Origin: Hypanus sabinus
Lineage: Eukaryota
NCBI RefSeq assembly: GCF_030144855.1
Contig: NC_082731.1
Location: 22,940,001 to 23,004,000 of the forward strand
Length of the DNA stretch: 64,000 bases
Reading direction: 5' to 3'
Every line of letters begins with the position of its first letter. Within the stretch, counting starts at the first letter, position 1. Below are positions 24,344-36,779 of the stretch, piece after piece. Below the pieces are notes generated by a model that saw only the letters and a program-made list of their open reading frames with translations, was not told where the DNA came from and made no database searches. The position numbers were made by a program, and so were the translations under genes.

Positions 24344-24791
24344 ATGTGGAGATTCGGCATCTGGATCGTGTGCGGTGCCTGGTTAACTGGTTTGTACGCA
24401 GCAGACGATTCAAAAGCTTTCTCGAAACTGAATTCTGAAAAAAAACGTTAATATTACATTTTATGTTTTGCCATTATTTTTTAGATAGGATTCATGGACA
24501 CTCTGTCACTCAGACAATGCCACCGCAAATGAAGACAGAAGAAGAAACTGTGACTTTCAGCTGCACCTATGATACTACATGGGGTAGCTATTATTTATAT
24601 TTTTACCGACAAAGGCCAGTGCAAAGTCTCGAATACGTACTGTACAAAGTTGATGGAGGATACGAACGAAAAGCCGAATTTGCTAAAAGACGCTTCAAAT
24701 CTACTCTGGAGAAGGGAAGGAAATTATTTAGTGTCACCATCTCAAAGCTGCAAATGAGCGACTCCGCAGTTTATTACTGCGCCCTAAGACG
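24344..24791 (+). CDS. TRAV/TRDV: TCR alpha/delta V segment V2 (leader 24344-24389, intron 24390-24484, V exon 24485-24791)
   Basis: Leader MWRFGIWIVCGAWLT, GT..AG intron of 95 nt. Open V exon DRIHGHSVTQT...FSCTYDTTWGSYYLYFYRQRP...DSAVYYCALR, then 23-RSS. Confidence 0.95.
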
Positions 24792-24830
24792 CACAGTGAT
24801 GCATTGTAGTTAAAAGCTCGCACAAAAATT
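24792..24830 (+). other. 23-RSS of V2
   Basis: CACAGTG 24792-24798, 23-nt spacer, ACAAAAATT 24822-24830. Confidence 0.95.
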
Positions 24831-25095
24831 AACTTACTGTTCAATCCATGCTTTGATCGCTGCAGTTTGATAGATTTGTACACTCCTTTTCTCATTGTGG
24901 TTTCACGCCTCTAAGTGTACCTGTTGAAGTTTCGCTCGCTTTCGTCTGTGAAGACGCAGCAATGGTGTAACCGCACCGCTCCTTCCAATGACGCAGTGAG
25001 ATCAAGTGCCTCTGCCATCTTATTTAATTTGTGAAATATACGTTAACGCGAAAAGAGAGTTATGAGCGGTAAAATTCAGACCGCCATCACTCGGG

Positions 25096-25100
25096 TGCGT

Positions 25101-25130
<30 letters not shown>
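25096..25130. repeat. (GT)n microsatellite downstream of V2 (also about 63146-63175)
   Basis: Direct reading; the equivalent site downstream of V1 is an N gap. Confidence 0.92.
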
Positions 25131-25131
<1 letters not shown>

Positions 25132-28100
25132 ATGTCGTTCAAGATAATAGTTACTGTCCAGTGTGCCAAAGCAATTCATGGCGACCGGATTCAATTCTAT
25201 CTGGCTGTTGTTATTTAGTCGTTTAAATCAAAGATTTTCAGGTATTTGTTACAGCTATGATGAATGATTCTCCGGAATCTGAATAATTGACGTTTTGAAG
25301 AAGTTTGTAAAGATATCAGTGAGCAGGTGCGCACAACCTGACTACATGACCTGAGATGTGTTCTTGCCACGTCTCATAATAGAGTGCGTGTGATAACTGT
25401 GGGTTTCCTTCTGATGTTTGCTGATGCTACAGAAGTGAATGCAGCGCTGTGGGCTTTTAATGCGGAGCGTACATCTATGTCCACCTACATAGATTAGCGT
25501 GATAAGTAAGTCAGCAGAAGAAAAGGGACCCTGAATTGGAGAATGGATTTGGAGTAAGCGGAACCTGAGCAAAATAGGGGAGCTTAGAAAAATACCTGTT
25601 CATGCCATCATGTTATTTGAAACCCAAACCAAATGTGGGGTGTTATCTCAGGATAGCAGTATAAGAGGACATGTACGCCATGTTGCAATGGATTTGATAA
25701 TTAAATTAAAATGGTTGGGATGCAGGATTCGCAATGATTCGTACGATTACATGGATCCCGCAACCTCCGTCGATTCACTCCGATGTGGTGCACACCGGAT
25801 TATAAACACTGCATATAGTAAATAAGACAAAAAGGTGAAAGTAAAAAGGAGGACATTTACAAGATTTCAGCCCACAGAGGTTGCTCCCTATTTCAAGATA
25901 GCGGATGTATTTCTCTTTTCATTCCCAGCCACCGTTCTTCATCCCGTATGCACTTTACACTAACCAATCGAAATTCATCAACCTCTGTCTCAAACATAGG
26001 TACAGATTTGACCTAAGTAGATATCCGTGGCCAAGAATTCCACATGGTCCCAACTCTCCGGCCAAAAAAAAAAACAAAAAAATCCTCATATCCGTTCAAA
26101 AAGGACGCCCATACATGAAGGTCAGGAAAGTTTGGGCAGTGACCAACCTCCAGTCAAAAGGTCGATACTTAGAAGGAATTGTTTTGTTTTTTTTTTTTTT
26201 TGGGGGGGGGGAAGTCACTTCGTACAGAGCGTATAAATCACATGGAAGTTTGACTTTATCACTTTAAGTCTGTGCGTGGATGAAAATTCGTGAAAAACAG
26301 TTTCTAAGTTTGAATGCATTTGCTACCAGTCTGATAACTTCCGGTTAAGTTAATCGTTTGTTTGCTTTTCTAAGAACGAGCAGAGGTTAATAAGTCTCGG
26401 GGTTTTTTTAAACCCTGTCTCAGTTCCATATTCATTACTGCTGCATTCGTAACATTCCGGCTGAATTTGTTTGAATTTCCAAAATTCCAGCCACCAGCAT
26501 TTTTGACCTGAACCCATCCAATCTCTCCTGATAAGGGAGAATTTGAAAATCTTTGTAAATCTCTCATGCACCCTTTTCACCCAACTGATGCCATCTGCAC
26601 TACGGTGACTAGAACTTTAGGAATTACTGTTGGTGCTGTCGCGCAGTTATAACAGTAGTACCATACCTTGATCTCAATATCGAATTCGCTACTGGTAAGC
26701 AAGACATTCTTTTCAGTTCACTTACACATCTAAGAAAACATTTACTTTTGCCAAAATGCCGCTGCTCTATGAGCTCAACCTACCACGTACTAAGTAATTA
26801 CATTCCTGAGATATCTTATTGAAATGCATCACATCCCGCTTACCTATAATACAATCGAAATGTGTTTCTTGTTTGCCCAGCAAAAGCAGGGAACTGTCGA
26901 TTTCGGAATAGCCGATAGGAGTGAACTATCAACAGTTTTCAACAAGGTACATTTCATTTACCTTGATAACTTGCCCTATTAAGTACCAGATCTCTCTTTA
27001 TTTCCGGCACATCGGGGTTGATATTCTGCTCTGTATTTGTAGAATATCGTATACTGTTATATCGTCTCAATTTTTTCTTCCACTGATATATAGAAGCAGT
27101 AGTAGGTTATTCGACGCATCGAGTGTGCTGCCCCATTCCATAACGGCAAATTCAAATTTCCTCTCACCCCCAGTGTTCTGTCTTCTGTCAATTTACCCGA
27201 AATCCTGACAAATCTATTACATATAAAAAATTGCCTTCAATAGGCATAACGTTTTGCCCTCCACACCTGCGAATGACTTTGATTCACAGAGAGTCATCTC
27301 TCTCTGCAGAAAGTAATTCTTCCTCTTCCATTTTTTTCTAAAAGGACACCGTTTATTCTGAGGTGGCGTCTTCTGGTCTAAGATTCTCTCTCTGTCATGA
27401 AGGGGAGAATCTTCTCTATACCCGCTCTGTGAAGACTTTCGCCACTAGATAGTTTTCACTGCCATCACCCCTGGTCCTTCCGAATTTCTGTAACTAGGCA
27501 GACAGAATCATTAAAAGTATAATTTATCTGTATTATTTCCATTCATTTTAAATCGATTATTTTATACTTGTTCATGAAATTATTCTTATATATATATATT
27601 TTAAATTCTTACTACAACTGTTCCATACATTCACCCCTTGACTGAAATAGAATGTTTTTTTTTACATTTGTTCTTATCCTCTAGTTTTGAAATATGCATA
27701 TTCCTCACAAATCATGATGACTTTCTTTCATTTTAAACAATCTCTGGATACTTTGTAGTAACTGACCATTGTTTTAATTTATACATAATTTACATTATTC
27801 TAAAATCTGCGAAATCTCTGAATTTTAACGTGTTTATTTGAATAAATATTGGATTGTTTGCCTCATAATAACTTGGCTTATGTACAGTTCTTATGAATTT
27901 ATTTTGGAGTAGAAAAAATCGAGTTTGTAATTCTTTTTAATGTATTTCCCCATACCTCTACACAGTAAGTCGTGTAAGGGACTAAGGGAACAGAATATAG
28001 ATTTCAGCCCATGCTTTGCTCTCATATTACTCAAAATGAGGCTTCAGCAATGTATTATAAACTACCTACATAAAATCCTTGTTTTTATATACTGGACCTA

Positions 28101-28519
28101 TTGAATTGGATGTTAACATCGTACTTGTTTTCCTCAACGCAGAAATCACCTGCATAGTAAACTTTGGGAAGCGTGCACATACAATCCCTATTTTCTTTGT
28201 CCGACTGTTTGACTTATTTAGTCTATCCATTCAGTAAATTGTCAAAATTTTCATTTCCCTTACGATTCCCCACACTGTATTCCATTTGCAACTTTTTTGC
28301 ACTTTCTACTAACCTGGTTAAGTCCATCAGGAGCCTACATACGTTGTCAAACTGACTTGTCACTCTACTCACCTTCTTATCCAGTAAAGGCAATAATTCC
28401 ATAATCTAACTGATTAACAGTTAATGTGTAAATAATCGGTCATAACACTCCACTGTGTAACACCACCAGTCACTACCTGTCAATCAGAAAATAATGCCGT
28501 TACTTTCATTCTTTGAAGT

Positions 28520-29430
28520 ATCGGAGAATTGTGTTTAAGTAACCTCATGGTGGTCCTGGATATTCTAAAGTTGAAAAGACCCATGGCTTTCTCAGGGAAA
28601 GGTTTTATTGGCCCCGAATTAGCCCGAGGTCAAGGAATACTACAGATCTTGTACTCGATGCACTGGGAGGAATACGCTGCAAACGAGGGCCACGACCATG
28701 TCCCGTTTATAGAATGAGGGGTCCTTTGAGCTGGTGGGGTCAACGTATTTAACATTTGATCCAGAGCTACAACTGCAAACTAAATGAAGTTACCAGGTAT
28801 TTGCCACATTATCTGATGTTCGGGCACAAGGCGTGGTTGCCCATCGACCTTTGTTTTAGGGCCGGCGAGGAAAACCTACTACCGAACATTTATTTTAAGT
28901 ATGTTTCCATTATGAGAAGGGAGCTTAAAAGGGCACATGAAAGAACTGAAATCGTAGATGACAAAACAGAAACAAGAAAATAAGAGAAAGTTTGATTTAA
29001 AGTTTAGTTACTCCCAAGTCAACCCGGGAGACCAAGTCCTCTGAGGAAATTTGGGGCTTCTTGGGAGCATCAGTTGGCTAAACCATGGGTGGCTTCGGCT
29101 TATGAAGTGAAGATTAACATGCCAGAGATACTAAGTTTCCTGGTGAACGCGGAATGTGAAAGGGTCTGTCAGGATTCTCGATCGGAACCAACTTCTGCCT
29201 CCGGGACAAGAGGAGCGGGTTAACCCATAGCCCGAACTAGAGCTGAAACCTGGATTGTGCGGCGGCGCCGGTGTCTGATCGAGCAAAATCATGAGAGATT
29301 TGACCGGCCTCCGCACCCTGAATCGGATACTAATTGGGAGAATGAGTAAATGGGCGTGTGCTATATTCTGCCTTTTGCTAATTCCCCACTGATTGAGGAA
29401 GAGATTCCCAATCATTCTCAAGTTGTCAGC
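28520..29430 (+). mobile_element. Gypsy integrase fragment (third family), in B2
   Basis: Paralogue of 21335-22280; MFGHKAWLPIDL remnant. Confidence 0.7.
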
Positions 29431-29739
29431 TGGATTCGGTGGGTGCTATCTGTCGTCTGTCGGATTCAGCGGGACACTGCACGGGTTGGAGCGGGGCTCA
29501 GCCAAGCGTTCCGAATTTCAGGAGGACACGAGTTTGTGGCTTTGCATGTAGGATTGACAATTTATCACAGTTCCATGAGGACTTGAAGAAATTTGGTGCA
29601 GCAGATTTTAACACATTTGGAAGCGTGTCACTCCTTATATTTACTCTTATATTGAACCATATGAATGTCGGCGGGACCATGAGGGCGAGCAACAACAGTT
29701 TCCCGGGCCGAATGTACTGAGAAGGTTGGAAAAACGGCA

Positions 29740-30250
29740 TTGAAATGCTCTTACTGGATATGCAGCTTCCGGCCTGCATCGCAGCTGAGTATTGCTCATA
29801 GTTCTCACATTCAGCACCCACCGCTGGCGAAAACGAGAGTTGAATGAGGACGTACGTACCTGGCGGAATACAGCCTCTCCAACATCAAACCTCCAAAAGT
29901 GCCTCCTTTCTAGTTACACACGAAAACTGAATTCCCTTCGGACTGCGACTTAGTAACAGAGGACAGGGAGGAGATCTGGCCCTTGAACACCTGTCTTGGA
30001 GGATGACAACCCTGTGCAGGTGCTGGTGAACCAAATTGTTCAACGAGATTGCTTTGCTGTCCTTTGAAGGAAGAAATTTATCACAGACGCAAAATGGTTT
30101 CGCATAATTCGCAGCATGGTATGCCCAGACGGTACAAGAACATTGCTCTAGCTATGCTACTCGCAAAAAGAGTGGATATTCTGCTGTGATTCGTCAAGAA
30201 TGCTGTGACTACATTTCTGACACGTGGAGCTACATTTGGGATCTCTGCTG
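29740..30250 (+). mobile_element. Endogenous retrovirus env fragment (SU end, furin site, TM ectodomain), frameshifted
   Basis: YWIC motif at about 29752; RWRKR basic cleavage-like site at about 29825. With one frameshift, VQ-NIALAMLLAKKSGY then SAVIRQECC (30180-30206) match the immunosuppressive domain and CX6CC motif of gamma/epsilon-type TM, with the first Cys as Ser. Confidence 0.65.
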
Positions 30251-30725
30251 AAGAACCGTTGCGGATGTATGCTGGATATAGAATATTAACCTATACGCAC
30301 GTTTAGATGGGTTACTGTTGAATTTCCTTTTGAATTTGAGTGAACTGTCGAGACGAAATGAAGTAACAACTGAAAGAATTGATTATCAGCGAATACTGTA
30401 GAATGTTTGTTAAACAGGCTGGTTTTGAGGAGACTCATTTGCTGGTAGATGATTAATTGAATGCTAATATTTATGGCTTTCTCCAAGTCAGTGGATAACG
30501 AGCTGATCCGTAGTCAGAATATTATGAATAACATGAAGATCCTGTGAACTTCCCCGTAAAAACTAATGTGCTGAAAATGAGTGGGAAATTTAAAAATGAT
30601 GGTAAGCGCAAAGGGGACCAGGCAGAACTGTAAAATCAGGCAAACACAATGAAAATCAATCTAAGATATCACATTCTCTCAGCATGTACGTGTGTACCTT
30701 TGCATTTTACTTCTTCCTACTGTCT

Positions 30726-30761
<36 letters not shown>

Positions 30762-30796
30762 AACAGGCACACATGCACTCGCACTCACACACACGC

Positions 30797-30959
30797 NNNN
30801 NNNNNNNNNNNNNNNNNNNNNNNNNNNNNNNNNNNNNNNNNNNNNNNNNNNNNNNNNNNNNNNNNNNNNNNNNNNNNNNNNNNNNNNNNNNNNNNNNNNN
30901 NNNNNNNNNNNNNNNNNNNNNNNNNNNNNNNNNNNNNNNNNNNNNNNNNNNNNNNNNNN
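30797..30959. other. Assembly gap (163 N) next to (CT)n/(CA)n
   Basis: N run flanked by microsatellite. Confidence 0.99.
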
Positions 30960-33900
30960 ACTGTCTCTTTTTTTTTCCATTCGGTCAAACGCTCCATCTA
31001 TGTATCGATCTACCAATCTCTCTGTGTTCTTTCTCTTGTTTTCATTATTTCTTGCTTTCGTTGATTTAGCAAGCTTGTTTCTTTCTATAATTTATTCTTT
31101 CTTAAAGCTGGTAGTTTCGATCTCCATGATGTTGTTCATTTACTTTGTTTATCTACCATCCTGCATTGACAATTAAAGTATGCTTCACCTCATGATCATC
31201 TTGGGATAGTATGGATCTAAATTGCACAAACAATTCCAAAATTCTTTTTCATCGTCCATATCAGTGCGATTGCGGGGATTTCAAAATCGATTGACCATGA
31301 CACTGTGAACTATACTTGCAAACAGGAAACCGAAAAAAGTATGTGTTCTGGCGCAAGGTTAAAAAGAATGTGGGCATATCGTTGCTGATCAGTTTTTTTT
31401 TATTTATTTATCTGCCTTTGAGTTGTAATCTGGTTTGTTATTTAGTTGTTATGTCCATTCGTTGCAATTTGATCTCTGTCTCCATCATGTTCCCCTTCAA
31501 TCGACGGTTGAGTTCCGGGACACTGCCGGTGTTATCTACAAAGCTGAAAACGGATTAAAAGCAGAAGAAATCCAGGAAAAATAAAGGGTACGAGAACGCA
31601 GTACTATTGGCAATCGATGGTGATGATGAGCATTAGGCGCTCCAGTATATTGCTTAATTATCTTCGTCCTCATGTCAGTTGCTGGGAAGGAAGCTGCCCG
31701 TCATTGAAGTTTAATTCTAGGAGTTAATAGACGATTCTGTTCAGATATATGACTTTGAACTGCAAGCTTTAGTCATCACTCTAATGACTGAAAATTGTTT
31801 ATCCACGCTTTCCAGGAATGAGAGTATTCAAATATAACGAAATATGACGCCATGAGTCGCAGTTCAGTTTCAACAGTAGAGAACTGCGTTGGCTCCTGGC
31901 TGTTCTGAAGCTACCTCTGTCTATTAATTAACGAAGATTGACGTCAGAGGCACTATAACCAGTTTACCTTGATCGTACTGGTCTTCCTTGTATAGAAGGA
32001 GCTCTGAGATTGGACTACGAAGTTAATTACCCCCACACATTGCTCTGTGCATTTGCTGAATAACCGGCTGGGGATTTAATATTTATTATTTCTGCGACAT
32101 CCATTGGAGAATGAATCGAAAGTGAAGACAAACCAGTACGAAGAAGCTCGATTACAATATGTCACGTACAAACGTGTCTCCCAAGGGTGCATACGTCCTT
32201 CTCTCTTGAAGTTTTCGTCTGCACAAAGTACCTTGTGAAGCAGTGACGGCATCCTCAGCCATCTTTCGTCCTGTCCTCTGCCAGCTTCCGACAAATACGA
32301 CATCCACTCCCACTAGAGTCCCTCAGGAAACATCACCTTCTCGTGTTCTGCTGAACATTTTCCCAATTACACCATCGTGGTTCGGTGAAACCACGTTCCT
32401 GAGTTGAACAACAAAGCTTCCTCTTTTTAGTTCAAATCCAAAATTAAATACCTACGAGACGGAAGTAAAAATCTTCACAAGGGTGTTACAAATTTCCCCA
32501 CATAGTCATTTCCTCATGACTTTGAAACATAATAAGTCATTTATTAACAGAGTCTTTAAAGAACTTTGTCATGTTCGGTCATCCAATGCATTTGTGAATG
32601 GTAGTGACAGACCTCAAAAGGATAAACGCAGCACTCTATTCCCGCATTGCTTCATATGCCAGACTATCCAGGGGCCTCTGGATTCGTCGGGACCTCAGTA
32701 TACCAATACCTAGTTCCAACTTCCATAGTTGTCGAAGGACACGATATAGAAGTTAACTTTAATTATTAGTCAATGCTTAATGTAGATGTTGCTTCCTAGT
32801 ACCCACAGTGTACCAGGGAAACGCTGAGATATCTACTGAAGAGATTAAGCCCTTGTTAAGCATCAGTCGCCCTATTTTAAAGATTGATATTCCGAAGTGC
32901 ATGATAGAGACAGTTCTGTGTTTACTTTAAGTACTCTGGAGATGTTTGGACCACCTCGGTCATGTGTCACTGCAACACTACTAACCGATGATAGGGTAGA
33001 ATTAAGGGAATCGATAAATTGTATTACGGTTGTTTGTGAGATAAACAAAACAATAAATTCATCATAGCCAAAATGCAAATTCTGGATTATTCTGGGCAAT
33101 CAGAACTACAGCCGTATTTGGTAAAAAAAAAACGAGAAGGTGCACAAGAAATAATTAAAGCAAGAGGGGTAAGTAAAAAAGACAGAAGATGAAAGAGAGG
33201 CAGGAACACGTAGGACTGTATAAATCGGAGTATTGTGCATGGATTGCATTAGGAAGATAATCCAGACACGTTCATAGATCCTAGGAGTTGTCACTTCGCA
33301 ATCGAGCTATTTCGGTAATAGTGAAATGCAGTTTTGACATATTATGTGCGGCTAGAAAAGATGGGCGCCATAATCGAGTACGCCAGAGATAATGATGGAT
33401 CTTATAACGCCATGTCCTTTTATTCTTTATCATACCAGTCTTCGTAAAATAGGTGGAAAAATCGAAGTTTTAAGTCTTATGGAAATTTATTCTCGAAGTA
33501 CGTTCGTGTCACCGCATAAAATACTGTGAGTCGGTTTACTATGTGGATAGGTAGCAAGTGTATAGAATAGTAACAAGAACATAATCAATAAAGTTCAACC
33601 AGACGGAAGAAGATGACGAACGGCAACGTAAAAAGAGGACGAAAACCTAATCATAGATTAGCAATAAATATCGGGAACGTAAGATGATATTCTGTTTGTT
33701 CTTGTTAGTTTTCGTGTATGAAACAAAAAGAGGTTGATTTAAGCGCATCCAACTGAAAGTAATCATAATCTATCCAATGTCTATCCGTCCACAGGATATC
33801 TTTTTTGGCACATTTACCTTTGCAACATCTAGTACGTCTTCTGCCCTTTTACTCTGTTTTCTGTTCCAGTGTGGAACTCATTTAACCACTCCAGCTGCTT

Positions 33901-34399
33901 AATTTATCTGATTGTAAGGATATTGATGCGACTTGAGTTCAGTTGTAACGTCTCCCTTCTGTACAAGGTCCATCGTCAATATTGTTCAGGATCGTATTGT
34001 TTTATTTACAGTAGAGCAGTACAGAAATGTGAAGAAAGATACTCCTTCCAAAAGTACTGCACAAACCATGAGACACACATTTCACTGCACTGATATTCTG
34101 TACATACCTTCAGTTTTCCGTAGCAGCGGCAAGAATCTGGAGATCAGTAACTTTGCATTCGGGCTTTCCAACATCGTCTCTAGCTACATCGAGTTACTTT
34201 TACCCAAATACTTTAACATAGTTATTTATATTCACTATCCAATGCCACCGCGTTATCGCTAATTATCTGCTCTGTTGTGGTATAGCTGCACTGCAAACCT
34301 AAATTACTAAGCAGAAGGTCATTGTATCAGGTTGCAATTACCGTAAAAACGTCGAGTTCTACAACATACTGCAACTGGGCTTTTTCGACAACAGCAAAC

Positions 34400-34620
34400 A
34401 ATATGTGGTTTACCTTGACACCAAATACATGGACAGAAACCATAAAGAATTACTGCGCTGAAACTCAGGAGGTTTAGGAAAGAGTCCGAAGAGCAGGCCA
34501 TACAAATTAGCCATCGCTGGACTTCACCCTGTGCCACCTGGTAGTCGTAACTGGCGTGGAATGACGGTAGAGTTAGATGCGTGGTTGAGTATCTGGCGTT
34601 ACAGACAGCTGGAAAAATAA
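34400..34620 (+). mobile_element. CR1 ORF1 (SGNH esterase-like) fragment
   Basis: KLAIAGLHPVP...ELDAWLSIW matches the (V)ISGLLPVP...LNxWL pattern of CR1 ORF1. Confidence 0.55.
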
Positions 34621-36779
34621 AAAAAAAAAAACGACAGGCTCATGCTGCATTAGACAATGGCTACCGAATGGTCGATTGCCAGCAGAAACACTGAATGGTT
34701 TCAGGGGACTCTTATGCGACTGAGCAGTTTACGAAAGGAAAATAATATATGCACTTCAAACAACCAAACTATTGGCTATTTAGGTGGTACCACCCAAGAA
34801 AGCATGCATGCTGATAGCTACGCTATCTGACCATATAAGCCGCAGTGATGGACAGTGTACACAATTGGAGTATCTTACATTTGGCAGTTCAAGTTAACTT
34901 GCTTTACTGGAGCTAGGGAAATCGAGATCTTACATTATTGCTAACGAATTCCATAGTCTCTTGCTTCTCCGATTACTGCTGCTCTCCCGGACGTAATTCC
35001 CGAAGTGTAAAGAATGTCACAAGAACAGAACAATAGTTCTTTGAAATAGATCGTGATAACGCATTCCTTTTCATTAACCAGTCGCCGGAGTCACAGGATC
35101 ATATTACTTACACATGTGAAGCAGATGTTGCATCTTTACCAGATTGCCTCAGGAAAATATGCATAGCCCTGCAGTATATCTTGGTCGGAAAGCGTGAAAC
35201 AACAGGGAATATGTTCACGAGTCTGATCTAAACATAGTAAAATAAATCGATGGCATTCTGCTAAGAGCATCCACTTTTTGAAAGGAATCAGCAGATTGAT
35301 AGACCACATAGCTAAGCATAGGATAAGTACAGAAGCTGCCGACCCCCCCCCCCCCCCCCACAGCAGAGTCTCCCTCTCCGATTATTCGAGGTTTACTAGA
35401 TGAACAGTTCTCTGCAGCAATCAAACTTCACACCCGATTTATGTACGCCTTGAGTGCATCGAAGCCCGATGCCATAGGTTGTGAGCTGCCTCGCTGATTC
35501 CATTCTGAGGTGTACCAATGCATCGGCACGGAAAGAGCAGTTACAGCCAAAGAACTGAACTGGTAGCAGTTACCTTACCATTGCAACAAGAATCGAGTGA
35601 GAAGCAGAAAAGCACAGACTCGTGCGCTGTTATGAATGGAATGGTTAAGCATGACAAGGTGGCGGCAGCAAATGCAACAGGACGGGAAAACTTTCGAGGG
35701 AACAGGAAGTTTTGGATCAGGTTTCGGAAGAGTATAAATGAATGAAGACAACTGTTTTGAATAGAAACGATTCGCAGAAAGATAACTCTTTATCAATCTT
35801 CTTTAAAAATGACGTTAACTGTGAATTCAGGAACGCCATGTCAAAACGCCCGAACTCCGTGCGATGAAGCAAGCGCCACGTAAGATATAAGATCTTTTAG
35901 AAATGTGTATCACAAATAAGGTGTACGTCTACCAGTCTACATGATGAAAAAAGTTATCATTGCATATGGTGTGTTTTGACATGTTAAAAGTGGACTAGTG
36001 GCTTTCACGTCGACTGTATTGATTAATTGTGTAAGGGGGAATTTTTTCCAGCACAGTAATAGGAAGATTGATTTTATCAGATACCTGTCACAGAAGCAAC
36101 GAATTAAGTATTTGCTTCTTATGGATTGCACATCCGAATCTATTATTGTCAATTATTTGCACAAAGCTGATTAGGATCACACATTGAATGGAATTTCAGA
36201 TGTTAATTGTTTTAATGGGCCATACAAAATTACAGTTAACAACGGATCTCACGTCACGCTGCAAACCGTGGCAGTTTTGGCTTCTACTGGAGGAATTAAT
36301 AGTCCCACATTCTTTCTAACCCTCAAGCATCAGTGCTAACTGAAACAGTGAAACTATATTGTAGATAACAGATTTGTTTATTGACACCAGCTCACAACTG
36401 ACTTAGGTGTTTGACTGTACTGTCGCAAGACTTGTACAATGTAAAGAACAGCACAATACTCCATAGATCAATTATGGGAAAACATAATCAAATGTGCCAC
36501 AGAAGCCAAGGAGAAAATAGTTACCGAAGAAATGGCTCCCGCATATTCTAAATTCACCGGTTTGCATTGCCAGCTTGTCGTGATGGGACTGTTAAGCTAC
36601 TTCAGTGTCTCCTTCGCCCTTTGTTACAACAGAATTCAGTTGTTGTAATCCATACATCAATTCATTTTAAGACCACTTTTGGCGAATGCCATATATGAAT
36701 TAGCGAGTTCTGTGTCAAACAAGGACTGAAGTGAATAATTGAATTCGTTCGTCAACAAAAAAAAACTGATATCTCGCAG

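Larger units (their letters stand above)
22630..29673. repeat. Segmental duplication block B, copy 2 (contains V2)
   Basis: Collinear with B1; visibly more similar to B3 than to B1. Confidence 0.9.

Noticed and set aside
24077-24451. 124-aa ORF (and the 140-aa ORF at 62101-62523) running through the V leader
   Set aside because: Unspliced read-through of promoter, leader and intron that stops in or just after the intron; no equivalent upstream of V1. Not a separate gene.
30649-31176. Long ORFs crossing N gaps (also at 14.5k, 16.1k, 61.5k)
   Set aside because: Artefacts of translating N runs and microsatellites.
32290-32480. Acceptor + GNITFSCSAEHFPNYTI-WF downstream of a TGACGTCA at 31939
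   Set aside because: Needs a stop and a frameshift, and no second Cys or RSS was found; cannot be separated from chance by eye.
32804-32810. Perfect CACAGTG heptamer (also CACTGTG at 31301 and 52315)
   Set aside because: No nonamer at 12 or 23 nt and no V/D/J coding sequence adjacent.
32872-33099. Minus-strand ORF with VTH...ELSLSC resembling a V FR1
   Set aside because: Spacing to Cys is too long, stops follow immediately, and there is no WYxQ or YYC.
34890-35120. LTL.C / YCCSPGRNS / AFLFINQSPE..TGSYY V-like motifs
   Set aside because: All inter-motif distances are too short and the second Cys is absent.
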